Source: Octopus vulgaris
Taxonomy: Eukaryota
DNA: 64,000 nucleotides
Direction: 5' to 3'
Assembly (NCBI GenBank): GCA_951406725.2
Contig: OX597817.1
Coordinates: 156,612,001 to 156,676,000 of the forward strand
In this document: piece after piece, positions 1 to 12,388 of the stretch
How the letters are laid out: each line of letters begins with the position of its first letter
Position numbering within the stretch: position 1 is the first letter of the stretch
Notes under the pieces: generated by a model
What the model was told of the DNA's origin: nothing
Databases searched by the model: none
What the model saw: only the letters and a program-made list of their open reading frames with translations
Translations under genes and position numbers: made by a program

Positions 1-304
1 CTCCAACCAGTTCCACAAACAGCAGTCTGAGTAGAAATAAAATATAGAGGAAGGAAAACAGTAACACTAAAGGTCTGGTTGTAAGTCTGTTGGACTGAGT
101 ATTTACTACCTGTGTGTGGAGTGTAACCTTGCACTCTGGGTCATAGGAACATCATGAAGCACTTCAGGTCTTCATCTACTGTATCTTGGGATAAGTCAAA
201 CAGCTGGTGACTTTACCTACAGGACAAACTGAGTCTAACATTGTGACTTGATAAAACACTTGTTGATTATACAGTACTTCTGCTTACAAGTAATATGTGT
301 TCCA

Positions 305-538
305 AAGGCGGCAAACTGGCAGAAACGTTAGCATGCCGGGCGAAATGCTTAGCGGTATTCCATCTGCCGCTACATTCTGAGTTCAAATTCCGCTGAGGTC
401 GACTTTGCCTTTCATACTTCGGGGTCAATAAAATTAGGACCAGTTACACACTGGGGTCGATATAATCGACTTAATCCCTTTGTCTGTCCTTGTTTGTCCC
501 CTCTATATTTAGCCCCTTGTGGGCAATAAAGAAATAAA
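305..538 (+). mobile_element. tRNA-derived SINE, family 1
   Basis: Head with A-box-like TGGCAGAA and B-box GAGTTCAAATTCC, body ctttgcctttcat..ggggtc..aaattaagtaccag, tail gccccttgtggg..aaagaaata; many copies in the window. Confidence 0.88.
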
Positions 539-885
539 CGTATGTTCCCATCCTGGAGTATCTTACAAGCAATTAAATGGACTGATCTGTTTCAAAAATT
601 GTGCTTTGGCCACATGCTCAATGTCGTGTCACTTCCAGGCTATGAATTATTCAACACCCTATCAGCTTTGGTTTGCAGCTCACTTCATGTCTGTATATAT
701 GATATCAAATATACAGATGCTTACTAAATGGTTTTAAAGGCTCAGTCCTTAATGCCAGTTTTACAGTGGGAAGCAAACAAATAGGAAAGAAATCTTCCTG
801 TGGATGAGGCATTTCTCTGTGGAAGCTACCATCCCCAAATAAACCTGATACCATGACAGTTGGAACTGCATAGAGCAAGCAGATG

Positions 886-1115
886 GGTCACATTCTCTTG
901 AAAGAGCTGTTCTTCACTCCTGCTCCAGAGCTTCGGCTGCGGGGTCATTCCGAAAAGCTCTACCTGCGATGATTTCATCTCAATCAAAGGAGAGGAGCTT
1001 TCTCCGTCCGGGTTGCGGATCCGTGGAACAAGCTGCCAGACGAGATGGTGAAGATGCCGACGACCGCTTTGTTTAAAGTCTCCCTTGACCTCAAGTGGCC
1101 TGAACTCTTTACATG
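886..1115 (+). mobile_element. CR1-clade LINE 3' ORF2 fragment (defective)
   Basis: + frame reads ELFFTPAPELRLRGHSEKLYLR*FHLNQRRGAFSVRVADPWNKLPDEMV...FKVSLD: the RGH..KL/FS.RV...WN.LP signature of the CR1 ORF2 C-terminus. Confidence 0.85.
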
Positions 1116-2602
1116 ACGACAATCTATCACAAATAGCATTGTTTCCTCCATCACCACCTGCCAATAACCAGGTACCTATTTCTGACTACAGCTGAGTTAA
1201 GTGCCCAGAAAGACAAAACACTTGTAACAGATTTGAGCCCAGGATTAATGCACTAGTAGCCTGGTACTTTAACCACTGATCCACCTTACTGTTACCATTT
1301 GTGTTGTTATTCTCAGATTACTTAAAGGTCATACATTCCAGGTCTCCACATTGAGGTGACTGTGACATTTTGTAACTCAGACTGCATACTTTTATAACTA
1401 AGCAACAATAATCCTTGAGATGTTCATACCTAAACTAAATAAAAGACAAGGAGTTAAGTGCCATGTCTGATTGATAAAAATCTATTTTTATAAGAGTCTT
1501 TTTTTCTTTCTTTTTTTTTTTAGTTATGAGCTCATAAATGTATAATGTGCTTGTTGAAAATAAAATTGCTATATTTTTAATGCTCAGTTGAGGTTGCAAT
1601 TAAACAAGAGAAGTTTTAGAGTCATTTAGACCAAAACTATACAGATATTTCTGTGAAAATATTTTGAGAACAGTATTAACCTTTTTGTTAGCATATTTCT
1701 GATGAATAACACAGTTTTTGCATTTCAAACTGGAAAATATTCAAGAATTTGGAGATCTTAATAAAATAAAATAAATAACTTTTTCATTAATTAGCTGGTA
1801 TTTAGAACATGAAATGTTCTTATAAAAAATGTTGGAAAGCTTCAATTTTAATAGAAACACTTTTAAAACTTGACAATTTTGTATCATAAAACTTAAGGCC
1901 TGGCACAAGTGGAGTGGTATCAAAATGGTTAAGTTTTACTCATTAAGGATTTTATTAAAAGATATTAAAGATTATTTTTCTAATCATCATGAAATTGCAA
2001 ACTGATAAGTTTCACGGTCAATGTTTTGGAAGGAAAATATGCCAGTCATTAAAAGAAAACGTGTGGCCTGTTGTTTTTTGGCTGTTAATCAGCCAATTTA
2101 AGTGGAAGGGTTTTTTTTTGTTTGTTTTTTTTTGTGACATTCTCAATTTTCGTTTGACAAATATTTCATATCACTTCATAATACTTATTTCTATTATATA
2201 TGTTTTGGGTCTAATTGACCTTGTGACCTTTGTTTGTTTGATTGCAACTGCAACTAGAAAAAATATTATAATATAATAATAATAATAATGAAATTATTGT
2301 ATACAGTGCTCAGGTGCACCACAACTTGTCAAAAGTGCGTATAAAGCATATGCATTAATGTACAAATATCTGGGAAGTGAATATTACATTCATGAAATAG
2401 ATAAATTAAAACATGATGTTTCAGGCAGCTAGGGAAGATGTCTTTCTGGGGCTAAAAACAACAGTAGCACCATCCTCTATAGGACCACCACATTTAGTTG
2501 GCAAATATATTTTATATATGCAGTTAATTCATATGTGGAGAAGATGAAGGCAGTTTATTCACATGTGAGATGTGACAGTTACTGGACATTAAGGATGGTG
2601 AC

Positions 2603-3050
2603 AGTTAGTTAGTTAGTTAGTTAGTTAGTTAATTTTTTGGCTCAAAAGCAAAAAGCAAGGCCATGTAGGGGAACATGGAGTTAAGTACAGGCTGGTGTTC
2701 ATGTAAAGAGTTCAGGCCACTTGAGGTCAAGGGAGACTTTAAACAAAGCGGTCGTCAGCATCTTCACCATCTCGTCTGGCAGCTTGTTCCACGGATGAAA
2801 TCGTCGCAGGTAGAGCTTTTCGGAATGACCCCGCAGCCGATGCTCTGGAGCAGGAGTGAAGAACAGCTCTTTCGAGAGGTTACACTTTCCGCTTATGATG
2901 TTGTGAGCGAGAATGAGATCTCCACGGCGTCATCGTTTTTCTAGAGAATAAAGGTCGAGCGTCTTCAGCCTTTCTTCATAAGACAAATTCTTGAGACCAA
3001 GAACCATGCGGGTAGCCAGCTTCTGGACTCTTTCGAGATGCTGTATGTCA
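2603..3050 (-). mobile_element. CR1-clade LINE 3' end with (TAAC)n tail and an internal deletion
   Basis: DIQHLERVQKLATRMVLGLKNLSYEERLKTLDLYSLEKR on the - strand; same family as 886-1115. Confidence 0.9.
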
Positions 3051-3051
3051 A

Positions 3052-3340
3052 TATGCATGTGGAGGTAACTGTTGATGCAAATGTGCACTGAGACTGATAA
3101 TGCACATGTACAGAGAGACTGTTGAAGCAAATGTGCAGACTGATTATTAGTGGCCATGTGTAGTGACACTGTTGATGCACTAGTTCAGAGAGAGACTGCA
3201 AATGCACGAGGGCTGAGCAGCTGATGATGCACTAGTGCAGAGGAACTGTTTAATGTCACATGTACAAAGATGTGATGCATACATGAAAGTGACTGTTAAT
3301 GCACAAGTACAGAAGAATGACAGTTAGTGCATACTGACTG
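3052..3340. repeat. Degenerate minisatellite, about 25-bp unit
   Basis: Recurrent actgttgatgcacatgtgcagagag-like units. Confidence 0.7.
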
Positions 3341-3422
3341 ACACATGATGTAATTGTAATGAAGTTTGGAATGGCCTCAAAGTGTCATGAGTGTTACCCT
3401 CTTTCACTCTAATAGTTTTTAT

Positions 3423-3847
3423 TATTTCTTTATTGCCCCACAAGGGGCTAAACAGAGAGGGGACAAACAAGGACAGACAAATGGATTAAGTCAATTACAT
3501 CGACGCCCCCCCCCGTGCATTACTAGTACTAAATTTATCGACCCCCAAAAGGATGAAAGGTAAAGTCAACCTCGGCGGAATTTGAACTCAAAACGTAACA
3601 GCGCACAAAATACCTATTTCTTTACTACCCACAAGGGGCTAAACATAGAGGGGACAAACAAGGACAGACATAGGTATTACATCGATTATATCGACCCCAG
3701 TGCGTAACTGGTACTTAATTTATCGACCCCGAAAGGATGAAAGGTTAAGTCAACCTCGGCGGAATTTGAACTCAAAACGTAACAGCACACAAAATACCAC
3801 TAAGCATTTTGCCCGACGTGCTAACGTTTCTGCCAGCTCGTCACCTT
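3423..3847 (-). mobile_element. SINE family 1 tandem dimer (one full copy plus one headless copy)
   Basis: Reverse complement of the 305-538 element twice; 14-bp direct repeat actctaatagtttt at 3406-3419 and 3854-3867. Confidence 0.88.
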
Positions 3848-3962
3848 GTTTTTACTCTAATAGTTTTACATAATCAACAAGTACTGCACAATTCAATGAA
3901 GAATAACATGCGTCTCAGTGCAACCCACATTATAATTTTTACACTCTTTTTCTGTTTTGCAG

Positions 3963-4117
3963 TCCTGTCATCATTGAAGTCCCTCATTTTGCCTCACTTC
4001 GTGGAAAGGAAAGAGAAATAGCCATCATCCGTTGTGATGATGGAGAGAAATGGACAGAACATCCCATACTAGCAACAGAGGAAGCAGTTAATGACACTCT
4101 TAATGGAAGTTTCGAAG
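3963..4117 (+). CDS. Ank2: Ankyrin exon, end of first ZU5 domain (PVIIEVPHFASLRGKEREIAIIRCDDGEKWTEHPILATEEAVNDTLNGSFE)
   Basis: Acceptor tttctgttttgcAG ends at 3962; phase 2 start. Phase 1 donor GTCAAA at 4118; an alternative in-phase donor GTGAGC at 4148 makes the 3' end uncertain. Confidence 0.9.
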
Positions 4118-4510
4118 GTCAAAATTCCTCTGCGTCCAGTCTGTGGAGTGAGCCTGCCATTTTGTTTTGTTTTTTTAGTTTGGGGTTTATTAACTTTTTC
4201 AAGTCTTCAGCAATATCAAATGAGTAGTCTAAAAATTTGAATGACTCAAGGAAGATTTTGTTTTGCCACTGTGCCAGGATGACTTGCAGATCTTTTCTGT
4301 ATGGCATTCCATGTCTTTTCTCCAGGCCAGTGACAGAACCTCTACATAACCATTCGACCTGCTAGAAGTTGCAGTCAAATTTCTCTCAAATTACACCCAG
4401 CCTTCTTAAATAATGCAGGACCACATTGAATAATGTAGTCCAGGTTATACTGTCTGAATTAAAATCAGGATGGTCATGGCTAGAATATTTTTGAACATAG
4501 CCATCCAAAG

Positions 4511-4960
4511 TACCTTGGATCGCAGGACGGCCTGCTGTGTTTACCTTGGATCGTAGGGCGACCTGCTGTGCTTCAGGAGACCTATTGAGTCAAGCACATC
4601 AACATCAAATAAAATCAAATGGCAACTGTAGTTGTGATACCTGTGCCGGTGGCACATAAAAAGCACCATCCGAATGTGGCCGATGCCAGTGTCGCCTTGA
4701 CTGACTTCCGTGCCGGTGACACATAAAAGGCACCAACCGATCATGGCTGTTACCAGCCTCGCCTGGCACTTGTGCAGGTGGCACGTAAAAAGCACCCACT
4801 ACACTCACGGAGTGGTTGGCATTAGGAAGGGCATCTAGCTGTAGAAACACTGCCAGATCAGACTGGAGCCTGGTGCAGCCTCCTGGCTTCCCAGACCCCG
4901 GTCGAACCGTCCAACCCATGCTAGCATGGAAAATGGACGTTAAACAATGATGATGATGAT
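4511..4960 (+). mobile_element. RTE LINE 3' UTR fragment
   Basis: gtgccggtggcac repeats, ttaggaagggcatc..ctgtag, acccatgctagcatggaaa, (GAT)n tail. Confidence 0.85.
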
Positions 4961-6109
4961 AGCTCTCTTTGATCAGGGCTAACCTGGAGAAGTATTACTA
5001 CGGTCTACTCTTACTGGACACAACATGATGTTCGGTACCAAAAAAATTTTTTTAAAAGCTTACACACTGAAACCAATGGACTTGAAGGGGTTAACCCCTA
5101 CTTTTATTTTTATTTTATTTTATTTTATTTTACCCAATTATTGTATTTTTTATTTTGTGTATTTTAGCTCTTCAGTTTTTACTGTATGCTTTGAAATTTT
5201 TATTTTAGTTCATTGATCATCTGTTTTTGCTGTTGTATATGTCTAGCTTAAAATCATTAGTTTACATTAGTCATTGGTGTGTTTTGTTTCACTATTTGCT
5301 CTTTTATTTTATTTTGGAATATTTATAACGTTTCACTGACTATATTTTCTAACCTAGATTGTCAGTGTGTAGCATTTTATCAACCTTCTATCTGGCTAGC
5401 ATAGATTAGCTTTGTATTTCAAAAATTAGGGAAGAACAAATTTTCTGGGGACACATTTCAATTTGGATTTAGCTTATGTTTGTGCTTTTTTTTATTATTA
5501 CAAGGAATCTTTTTCTCATTAGTAGAAGGGATAGTGTCCTGCATGTTAGTATGTAGTTATTAATGCATTTTCAACTTGATAGAATCGGTGTTGTGTGTGT
5601 GTGTGTGTGTTTAGCTCATGGAAATGTCTCTCTTCCTTTTTCCAGTTGCTACTGAGCTATCTTTGACATAATTGTTTAACCTACTTAATCTCCTTCGATA
5701 AATTCCCTACCATCTTTAAAGTAGGAAGCATTTATGTAAGTCCTAAATCTTGTCCCACTATAAAGATGAGGTGGCCACATCTAGAACAGATATTTGCATA
5801 TTCTGAGCACCAGGCATATGGATTGCTTCTGAAGAATTTGATTGGCTACTTCTACACCGTTGATTAAATGCCTGTCATTTTCAATATTTTCTTTTCCATA
5901 TCCTGGCAGCAAAATCCCTTTTTTTTTTTTTTTTTACCTTCCCCATGAACCCCAAGCTATAATTAATAAGGAGCCTGGAGGAGAATGAAATACCAAGCAA
6001 ATCTTAGAGTATTAATAAATACTTTCTCTCATGCCATATGGTATATACAGATTTAACTGGACCTACTTACTTCTCCAGCTTATGTTTCTGCTATTACAGA
6101 AGGAGATTC

Positions 6110-6338
6110 TTAACCCTTTTGTTACCAACCCGGCTGAAACCAGCTCTGGCTCTTTAGTATAAATGTCTTGTTTTCATAAGTTTTGAATTCAAAATTTCCA
6201 CCAAATTTTAGTCACAATTTATGTTCCTAACACTAGCTCAATGATAAGGATGTTATTTTACTAAATTCTTTCTTATATTTAAAATAATTGGAAGAAACAC
6301 AGAGCATCTCAAAATAAATACAGTAACGAAAGGGTTAA
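6110..6338. mobile_element. piggyBac-type MITE, family A (decayed relatives at about 1677-1932, 17632-17890, 29455-29660, 63705-63935)
   Basis: TTAA-cccttttgttac ... gtaacgaaaggg-TTAA: terminal inverted repeats starting CCC with a TTAA target duplication. Confidence 0.8.
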
Positions 6339-7442
6339 TAAGAATCATTTCCTTTGGGGTCCTTTAATAATAAGTACATTTAGTTTGAGAGAACCGTATC
6401 TGTTGCTCTATCTGGCCTCAATAAAGCAGATTGTAACCCCCTCCCCTCGTCAGCCCACATATAAATTCTTTTTAATTTTAAATCCTTCCTGTTTTAATCC
6501 TAAGAACGATAAATCTGGTGGTTAAGCTGAAACAGCAATGAAATCTATTTTAATGCAAGGATCACAAAGTGATTATGTTGGTTAGTGGGAAGTTATTGGA
6601 TGTAGCAAGGCAAAGCCATATCAGCTGGTTATCGGATTTGCATGCTTTAAGGACTTTTTGTAGTATATTACAATTATTTTCGTTTTATTTTTATTTGTAG
6701 TTTTATTTCATTTCCATAGTTTTATTTGTAATGTCTGTGTTTTGATGTTGTTTGAAACTAGTTGTTGTATCAAGATTTTGATAAGTTATTGATGTGTTGA
6801 TTGTATAAAAGGAAATGTAAATATGTTCTAAGAACCAGAGGTGAATTTATTTCAGTGTAGATAATTCTTTAACCCTTTAGTGTGCAGATTCTTCTCTCAA
6901 ATGTGATGTTTGTTTATTTATATTGTTTTGAATTAATCATGTATTATCTTGTAGTTTAGAGATTTCAGTGATGTGATTTTTTTTAGTTTTAGAACGACAT
7001 TAAAGAATAGAGGCATAATTTAAAATTTTGCTACTTACAGGTTATGTGGGCAGTTGTAGAATGACTGCACTTTCCTTTGTATATATGTTAGTTAATAGGG
7101 CAGAAGAATTTTCCCTGTCAGCACTTTCACTCTAATGAGATTTTGTTGGAAGATCATAATCAAGGATGGAATTCCTAGGGGTTGCAGTCACGGGAGAAAA
7201 ATAACATGAAAAGTGTTTAGTTATAGAGGGTATGCAGCTAGTTGATTCAGAGAAAACAAAGCTATAGTAGTAAGGAGATGAAAGAGGCTAAGATAAGAAG
7301 CATCCTGTCTGTAAACTAACCATTATAATCTTTTGATGACTGAATCTTTACGAATCAGTTGAATAGCCTTCTTGAATACTATCAAGCAGTAGCTCTGACT
7401 ATGTCCACCTGGTCTGTCTCTGTTGTTGTCATGCATGAACGT

Positions 7443-7825
7443 GGAGGCGCAATGGCCCAGTGGTTAGCGCAGCGGACTCGCGGTCATAGGATCGCGGTTT
7501 CGATTTCCAGACCGGGCGTTGTGAGTGTTTATTGAGCGAAAACACCTAAAGCTCCACGAGGCTCCGGCAGGGGATGGTGGCGATCCCTGCTGTACTCTTT
7601 CACCACAACTTTCTCTCACTCTTACTTCCTGTTTCTGTTGTACCTGTATTTCAAAGGGTCGGTCTTGTCACTCTCTGTGTCACGCTGAATATCCCCGAGA
7701 ACTACGTTAAGGGTACACGTGTCTGTGGAGTGCTCAGCCACTTACACGTTAATTTCACGAGCAGGCTGTTCCGTTGATTCGGATCAACCGGAACCCTCGT
7801 CGTCGTAACCGACGGAGTGCTTCCA
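7443..7825 (+). mobile_element. tRNA-derived SINE, family 2 (possibly tRNA-Arg-like head)
   Basis: ggaggcgcaatggcccagtggttag (A box) ... ggtttcgattt/cc (B box); direct repeat catgcatgaac at 7430-7440 and 7824-7834. Confidence 0.9.
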
Positions 7826-8846
7826 TGCATGAACACAGTGCTGAAGAGTTGGTGCCATGTAACTCTATTATAAAATGTAGAGAATGGTTCCAGATAGGAC
7901 TGAACTTATAATTAATATCGGTAGAACACCTGTAGAATGCTCTTCACTTCCTTCTGTACCTCTGTACCAAGAAGATCTGGTTGAAACTAATGAACAACAG
8001 CAATGACATTAGTAGAGTTGGGATGGGATGGTGGTGACAAAGTTTGATCCCACCATATTTGATTTAGCCTTCCATTCTTAGAATATTGAGAAATAGTCAT
8101 CAAGAGTGCACTATATTCTTTATATAATCTAGTTTACTCCTTCATTACTCTTGGTTTTCTAACATCTAAATTTGAGTAAGTACCAGTGATACATCAAGGT
8201 TTGGTTAAGTTGATTATTCTTTGTCCTCATAATAAAGCATGTATTGCTTTTTTTCTTCAGAAAGAAATAATGTATTTTAAAATAACATGAATTCTTATAC
8301 AGGCACAAGGCCACAAATTTGTGGATATGGAGAGGAGAACATGATTATATAATGTTCGTGCCTTCCTTAAGAGTATTAGCAATGTAATGAAGAGCATTAG
8401 CTTTCACAGGGAATCAAAAGCAACTTGTACTCTGGCTTTGCTTTGCTTTTCTAGTATTATTAAATCAAATAAAACCTTCATAATGTTTGTGATGTTTACA
8501 ATTTGTAGGTCATATCCGTTGCTCAACTAAATACATGATATCCTACATCAACAATAGGTGACAGTTGGTTAATATGTCATTGGCACAGATAGTTTTAATT
8601 AGGTGTAGGTTTGAAAAGGAGAGGAGTATTTAGTCTTAACAAAAACAGTTCATTTCTTCAAATATTTCAATGTTTTGCTTAACTACAGTTTCATAGGTTA
8701 AATTACTGGAGCCAACTTTCTCTGTTTAATAGAGATTTATAAAAGCTGATTATGAGATCTCTTTCAAAGGAAATATTCTTCAATCACTGGGTTGTTTAAA
8801 AAAAATTATGGTATCTAATTGTCGTTTTTTAATCTTTTTTTACCAG

Positions 8847-9058
8847 AATTGGACCAAGAAGATGAACTAGTTGCCAAGCGTATTACACGCATTCTAACAA
8901 CAGATTTCCCCATGTACTTCGCGATTGTTACTCGCGTACGTCAAGAAAATCAGACAATTGGCTTTGAAGGTGGAATGCTCAGTTCCACAGTTGTCCCTCA
9001 AGTCCAAACTATATTCCCTGAAGGAGCATTAACCAAGAAAATCCCTGTTGGTCTCCAG
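8847..9058 (+). CDS. Ank2: Ankyrin exon, ZU5-N/ZU5-C junction ([34 protein letters not shown]...[15 protein letters not shown])
   Basis: ttttttaccAG acceptor, CAG|GTATGT donor, 212 nt, phase 1 to 0; typical ankyrin TDFPxYFA and FPEGALTK motifs. Confidence 0.95.
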
Positions 9059-10357
9059 GTATGTTTTTTCATTGTTATCATTATTGTCATGTGTATACAA
9101 TATGGCATGGGGTAGGAAAACCCACAATACAGTGGGCATCTTTGAAATGTGTCCACTCCAGCAGTTCTGTAATGGACAAAATTAGAAAATATTTCGAGTA
9201 TGTATGTAGTTTGCATGGTTTGAATTCCTTGCAAATCATGGCTCAAACATCCACTCATAATACTCAGATGACTTTGGTTGTCATGAATGATGATGTGATT
9301 GGTCAATGGTAGGTGTTTATTAATGTTGTTGTTTCATCCTGAGTCATTTCAGATACAGCAGACTTAGAACTTAAAGGCATTCCAGCTGTAACCATCCTGT
9401 CCTTTTTTTTTTTTTATAGACGGGACTGCATTGCACATTGTCAGTGTTTTAAGACAGTAAATCATTTGGTTGTGATTTATATTAAGTCAAGTAACTATGT
9501 AGAGGCTTCTTTATTTGCTTGCAGTAAGTGGTGTTAGAAGTGTCGGGTGGTGATAGAATTGATAAAACCACATCTGTGACAGAAATACCCCTATTATGCT
9601 TCAGACCCACCTGTTCATGTTAACTTAACACTGCAAGTTGAAAAGCACTTATCAGATATACAATAGACCTGTTGTTTGTAATTAAGCTAATGTTTAAACA
9701 TGGTACCTACCTACAGCTAGGTAGGCTGACCCATTGAGAGTTAAATGTTTTCTCTATTGGACATAGGACAACAACAAAAGTAAGTTGTGAACCAATGATT
9801 CTTCAGTTGGTAATCACTACTCTAACTCTGGACCAAAGTTGAAATAGTCTCCTCTATACGTTGTATATCATTGCAACTGTACATCCATGCTATTTCACTG
9901 TAATTGTGTGATTTATACAATTTTACTTCAAGTTAATAGGACTGTACAATCTTATTATATGCTGATATGTCTATACTATGCTTATTGTAAATTGGTATGA
10001 CTGTGAAGTGCCTACTGTATATTGGACACTTGTCAATCATACCAGGAGGCATATCAGACCATGAAATATCAAATGAATTAAGTCTCCTGCTACTCTTTAC
10101 TGTATGATAAAGAAATAAGCCAAAACAGCATCATGTACATTTGTTTTTCTACCACACCTAATCCATACTAACACAGGAAATTAGACCCTTATTACAGGAT
10201 ACTAAGAATGGTGAGATACTAAGGTTAGTTTATCAATCATTTGTATATTTGAGATGAGTTTTTAGAATCACAACGAAAGTTCTTTGGACTGTTAGCTTCG
10301 TTTATTGTGGTTTTGTCTGTTTAACACAACCAGTCAATCAGTTCAGTCTCCTGTGAT

Positions 10358-10586
10358 TTAACCCTTTACTGTTCGCATTATTCTACCAAAATTAATCCTT
10401 TTTTATCCACATTGTTTTGAATTAATCATGCATTATCTTGTAGCTATGAGACTTTGATGAGGTAACTGTTAATTTTTAAAACGATATTGTAGGGTTGGTG
10501 TGAGAGACCAGATCTGGTCAGTTTGGACATAAAACAGGCTGAATACTTTTGGCCGGATTTTGCCGGTTTAAATGCTAAAGGGTTAA
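10358..10586. mobile_element. piggyBac-type MITE, family B
   Basis: TTAA-cccttta ... taaaggg-TTAA; body shared with 52911-53138 (inverted) and 58729-58956. Confidence 0.82.
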
Positions 10587-10755
10587 AGATGCTTTATGTT
10601 TATTTATATACATCAGTGTCCATAAGCTAGGTTTGCACTCAAAACCTTTATTTTCAGTTGCAAGTTTTTGATGCTCTGACCATTTAGAAAATGTCCCAAG
10701 ATGCTGAAACCCCACAGTTTTTGCTAATTCTTTTTATTACTTAACCCTTTATCTA

Positions 10756-10975
10756 AGGCGGCAAGCTGGCAGAATCGTCAGCAGGCTGGGCAAAATGCTT
10801 AGTAGTATTTCATCCATCTTTGTGTTCTGAGTTCAAATTCTGCTGAGGTTGACTTTACCTCTCATCCTTTCAAGGTCGATAAAATATGTACCAGTTGAAC
10901 TCTGGGGTCAATATGATAGATTTGTCCCCACTCCTGAAATTGCTGGCCTTGTAGCAAAATTTGAAACCATTATTT
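10756..10975 (+). mobile_element. SINE family 1 relative with a different tail (similar decayed copies near 14110-14335, 39270-39415, 60500-60690, 63378-63565)
   Basis: Family 1 head and body but ends aattgctggccttgt.caaaatttgaaacc followed by (TTA)n. Confidence 0.75.
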
Positions 10976-12183
10976 AACCCCTTATTCAAAATCTGGATGT
11001 AATGGTTCATAACTCAGCTGGATCCTTTATCCACACGAAGGCACCCTGTTTGTATATACTTGAATGTACCCAGCTAGAGTCTGTATACACAAGTGCAAGC
11101 TGCTAAATAATGTCTATATAAATTTGTGTGTACCAAGCTTAAGGCTGTATGCACATAACTATTAATACTTATATTTTTGTATATGTAGACAAACTAAACT
11201 GTGCATATATTAGGCTCTGTCCATGTAAGGCCTATGTGTACCTGTATTCAACAACTAAATTCTGTAGACACCTTATAGAATTCAATCATATGTGGGTATG
11301 TGAATTCCTCATGCACCAAAGTGTATGCAAAGTTGTGCATGATACTACAATAAACTGCATATTTCACCAAGAGCAGCAGAAAAGGTGTCAAAAATTTAAT
11401 GATGTTATGACAAACCTCAAGAGCTAATCTGTATTATTGTTTATCCACACATGTTTCAATTTCTTTTAGTAATTTTTGTTCTTGTTTTCGTTGCCTGCCC
11501 TCTTTTCTAATTAGAAAATTGAACATCTTACATATACAGCATGAATCTCTCTTATGTTCACACACACACAAACACACACAAGTATATACGTGTGTACAAA
11601 TACACACTCACACTTTTATACACATCTACATAAGCACACTAGTACACTGAAATATGCCCAGATGCATACACTAGTAAGTACAAGTCCTCACACACACACA
11701 AACACACACACATACAACATGCTTACAAATATTTGTACATACTCACACATATAAACATACACAATTACATTAAGTAACAGAGCAAAGCAAAGAAAAGCAG
11801 GAATGGTATCTAAAAAGACTGTTTTCTTCATTTTTTTAGCCCTCCATTCAGAGGATGAGGCCAGTAAAACATTAACATTTCGCCATTGTCTTTTTATCTC
11901 ACACTTTTATTCAAATATCTTCTCCCTATTTTTTTTTTAAATTAGATATTTTGTTGGGTTTTTTTTTTCAATAGTGTTTTTTTATAGCAAATTTTTTTCT
12001 TAGCATCTTGTGGCAAATTGAACTTTCTAGCAATCTTTTTTAATAAAGATTAATATATACATATATATATATATTTGTTGTTATTTTTTATTGTGTGTCA
12101 GTGTTTGTGTGCTATGGGAAACTGAATGTCTAGCTTTCTGTCATGCTTTCTACCAAACTTTTTACCGTCTCTTGTACCATTAG

Positions 12184-12388
12184 GCTCAGCCCATTGCTCC
12201 AGAACTTGTCGCCAAGATGCTCGGCAACCGCGTGGCTGTCAGTCCTATTGTTACAGTGGCACCACGCCGCCGTAAGTTCCACAAGCCTATAACCCTCACT
12301 ATACCAGTTCCGAGGGCTGCACAGAAAGGGATGATAAATCAGTATGGTGGTGACGCACCAACTCTTCGTCTACTATGCAGTATTTCCG
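12184..12388 (+). CDS. Ank2: Ankyrin exon, ZU5-C ([43 protein letters not shown]...[11 protein letters not shown])
   Basis: cattAG acceptor, G|GTAAGC donor, 205 nt, phase 0 to 1; [11 protein letters not shown] hallmark. Confidence 0.96.

Noticed and set aside
7443-7515. tRNA gene
   Set aside because: The tRNA-like A/B boxes continue into a 380-bp dispersed repeat with TSDs and there is no clean acceptor stem; this is a SINE head. The same applies to the other SINE heads.
7525-7777. Recurring small ORFs (MFIERKHLKL..., MVAIPAVLF..., MELSTGWCS...) suggesting a gene family
   Set aside because: They recur only because they lie inside SINE copies or on the antisense strand of CR1 copies.
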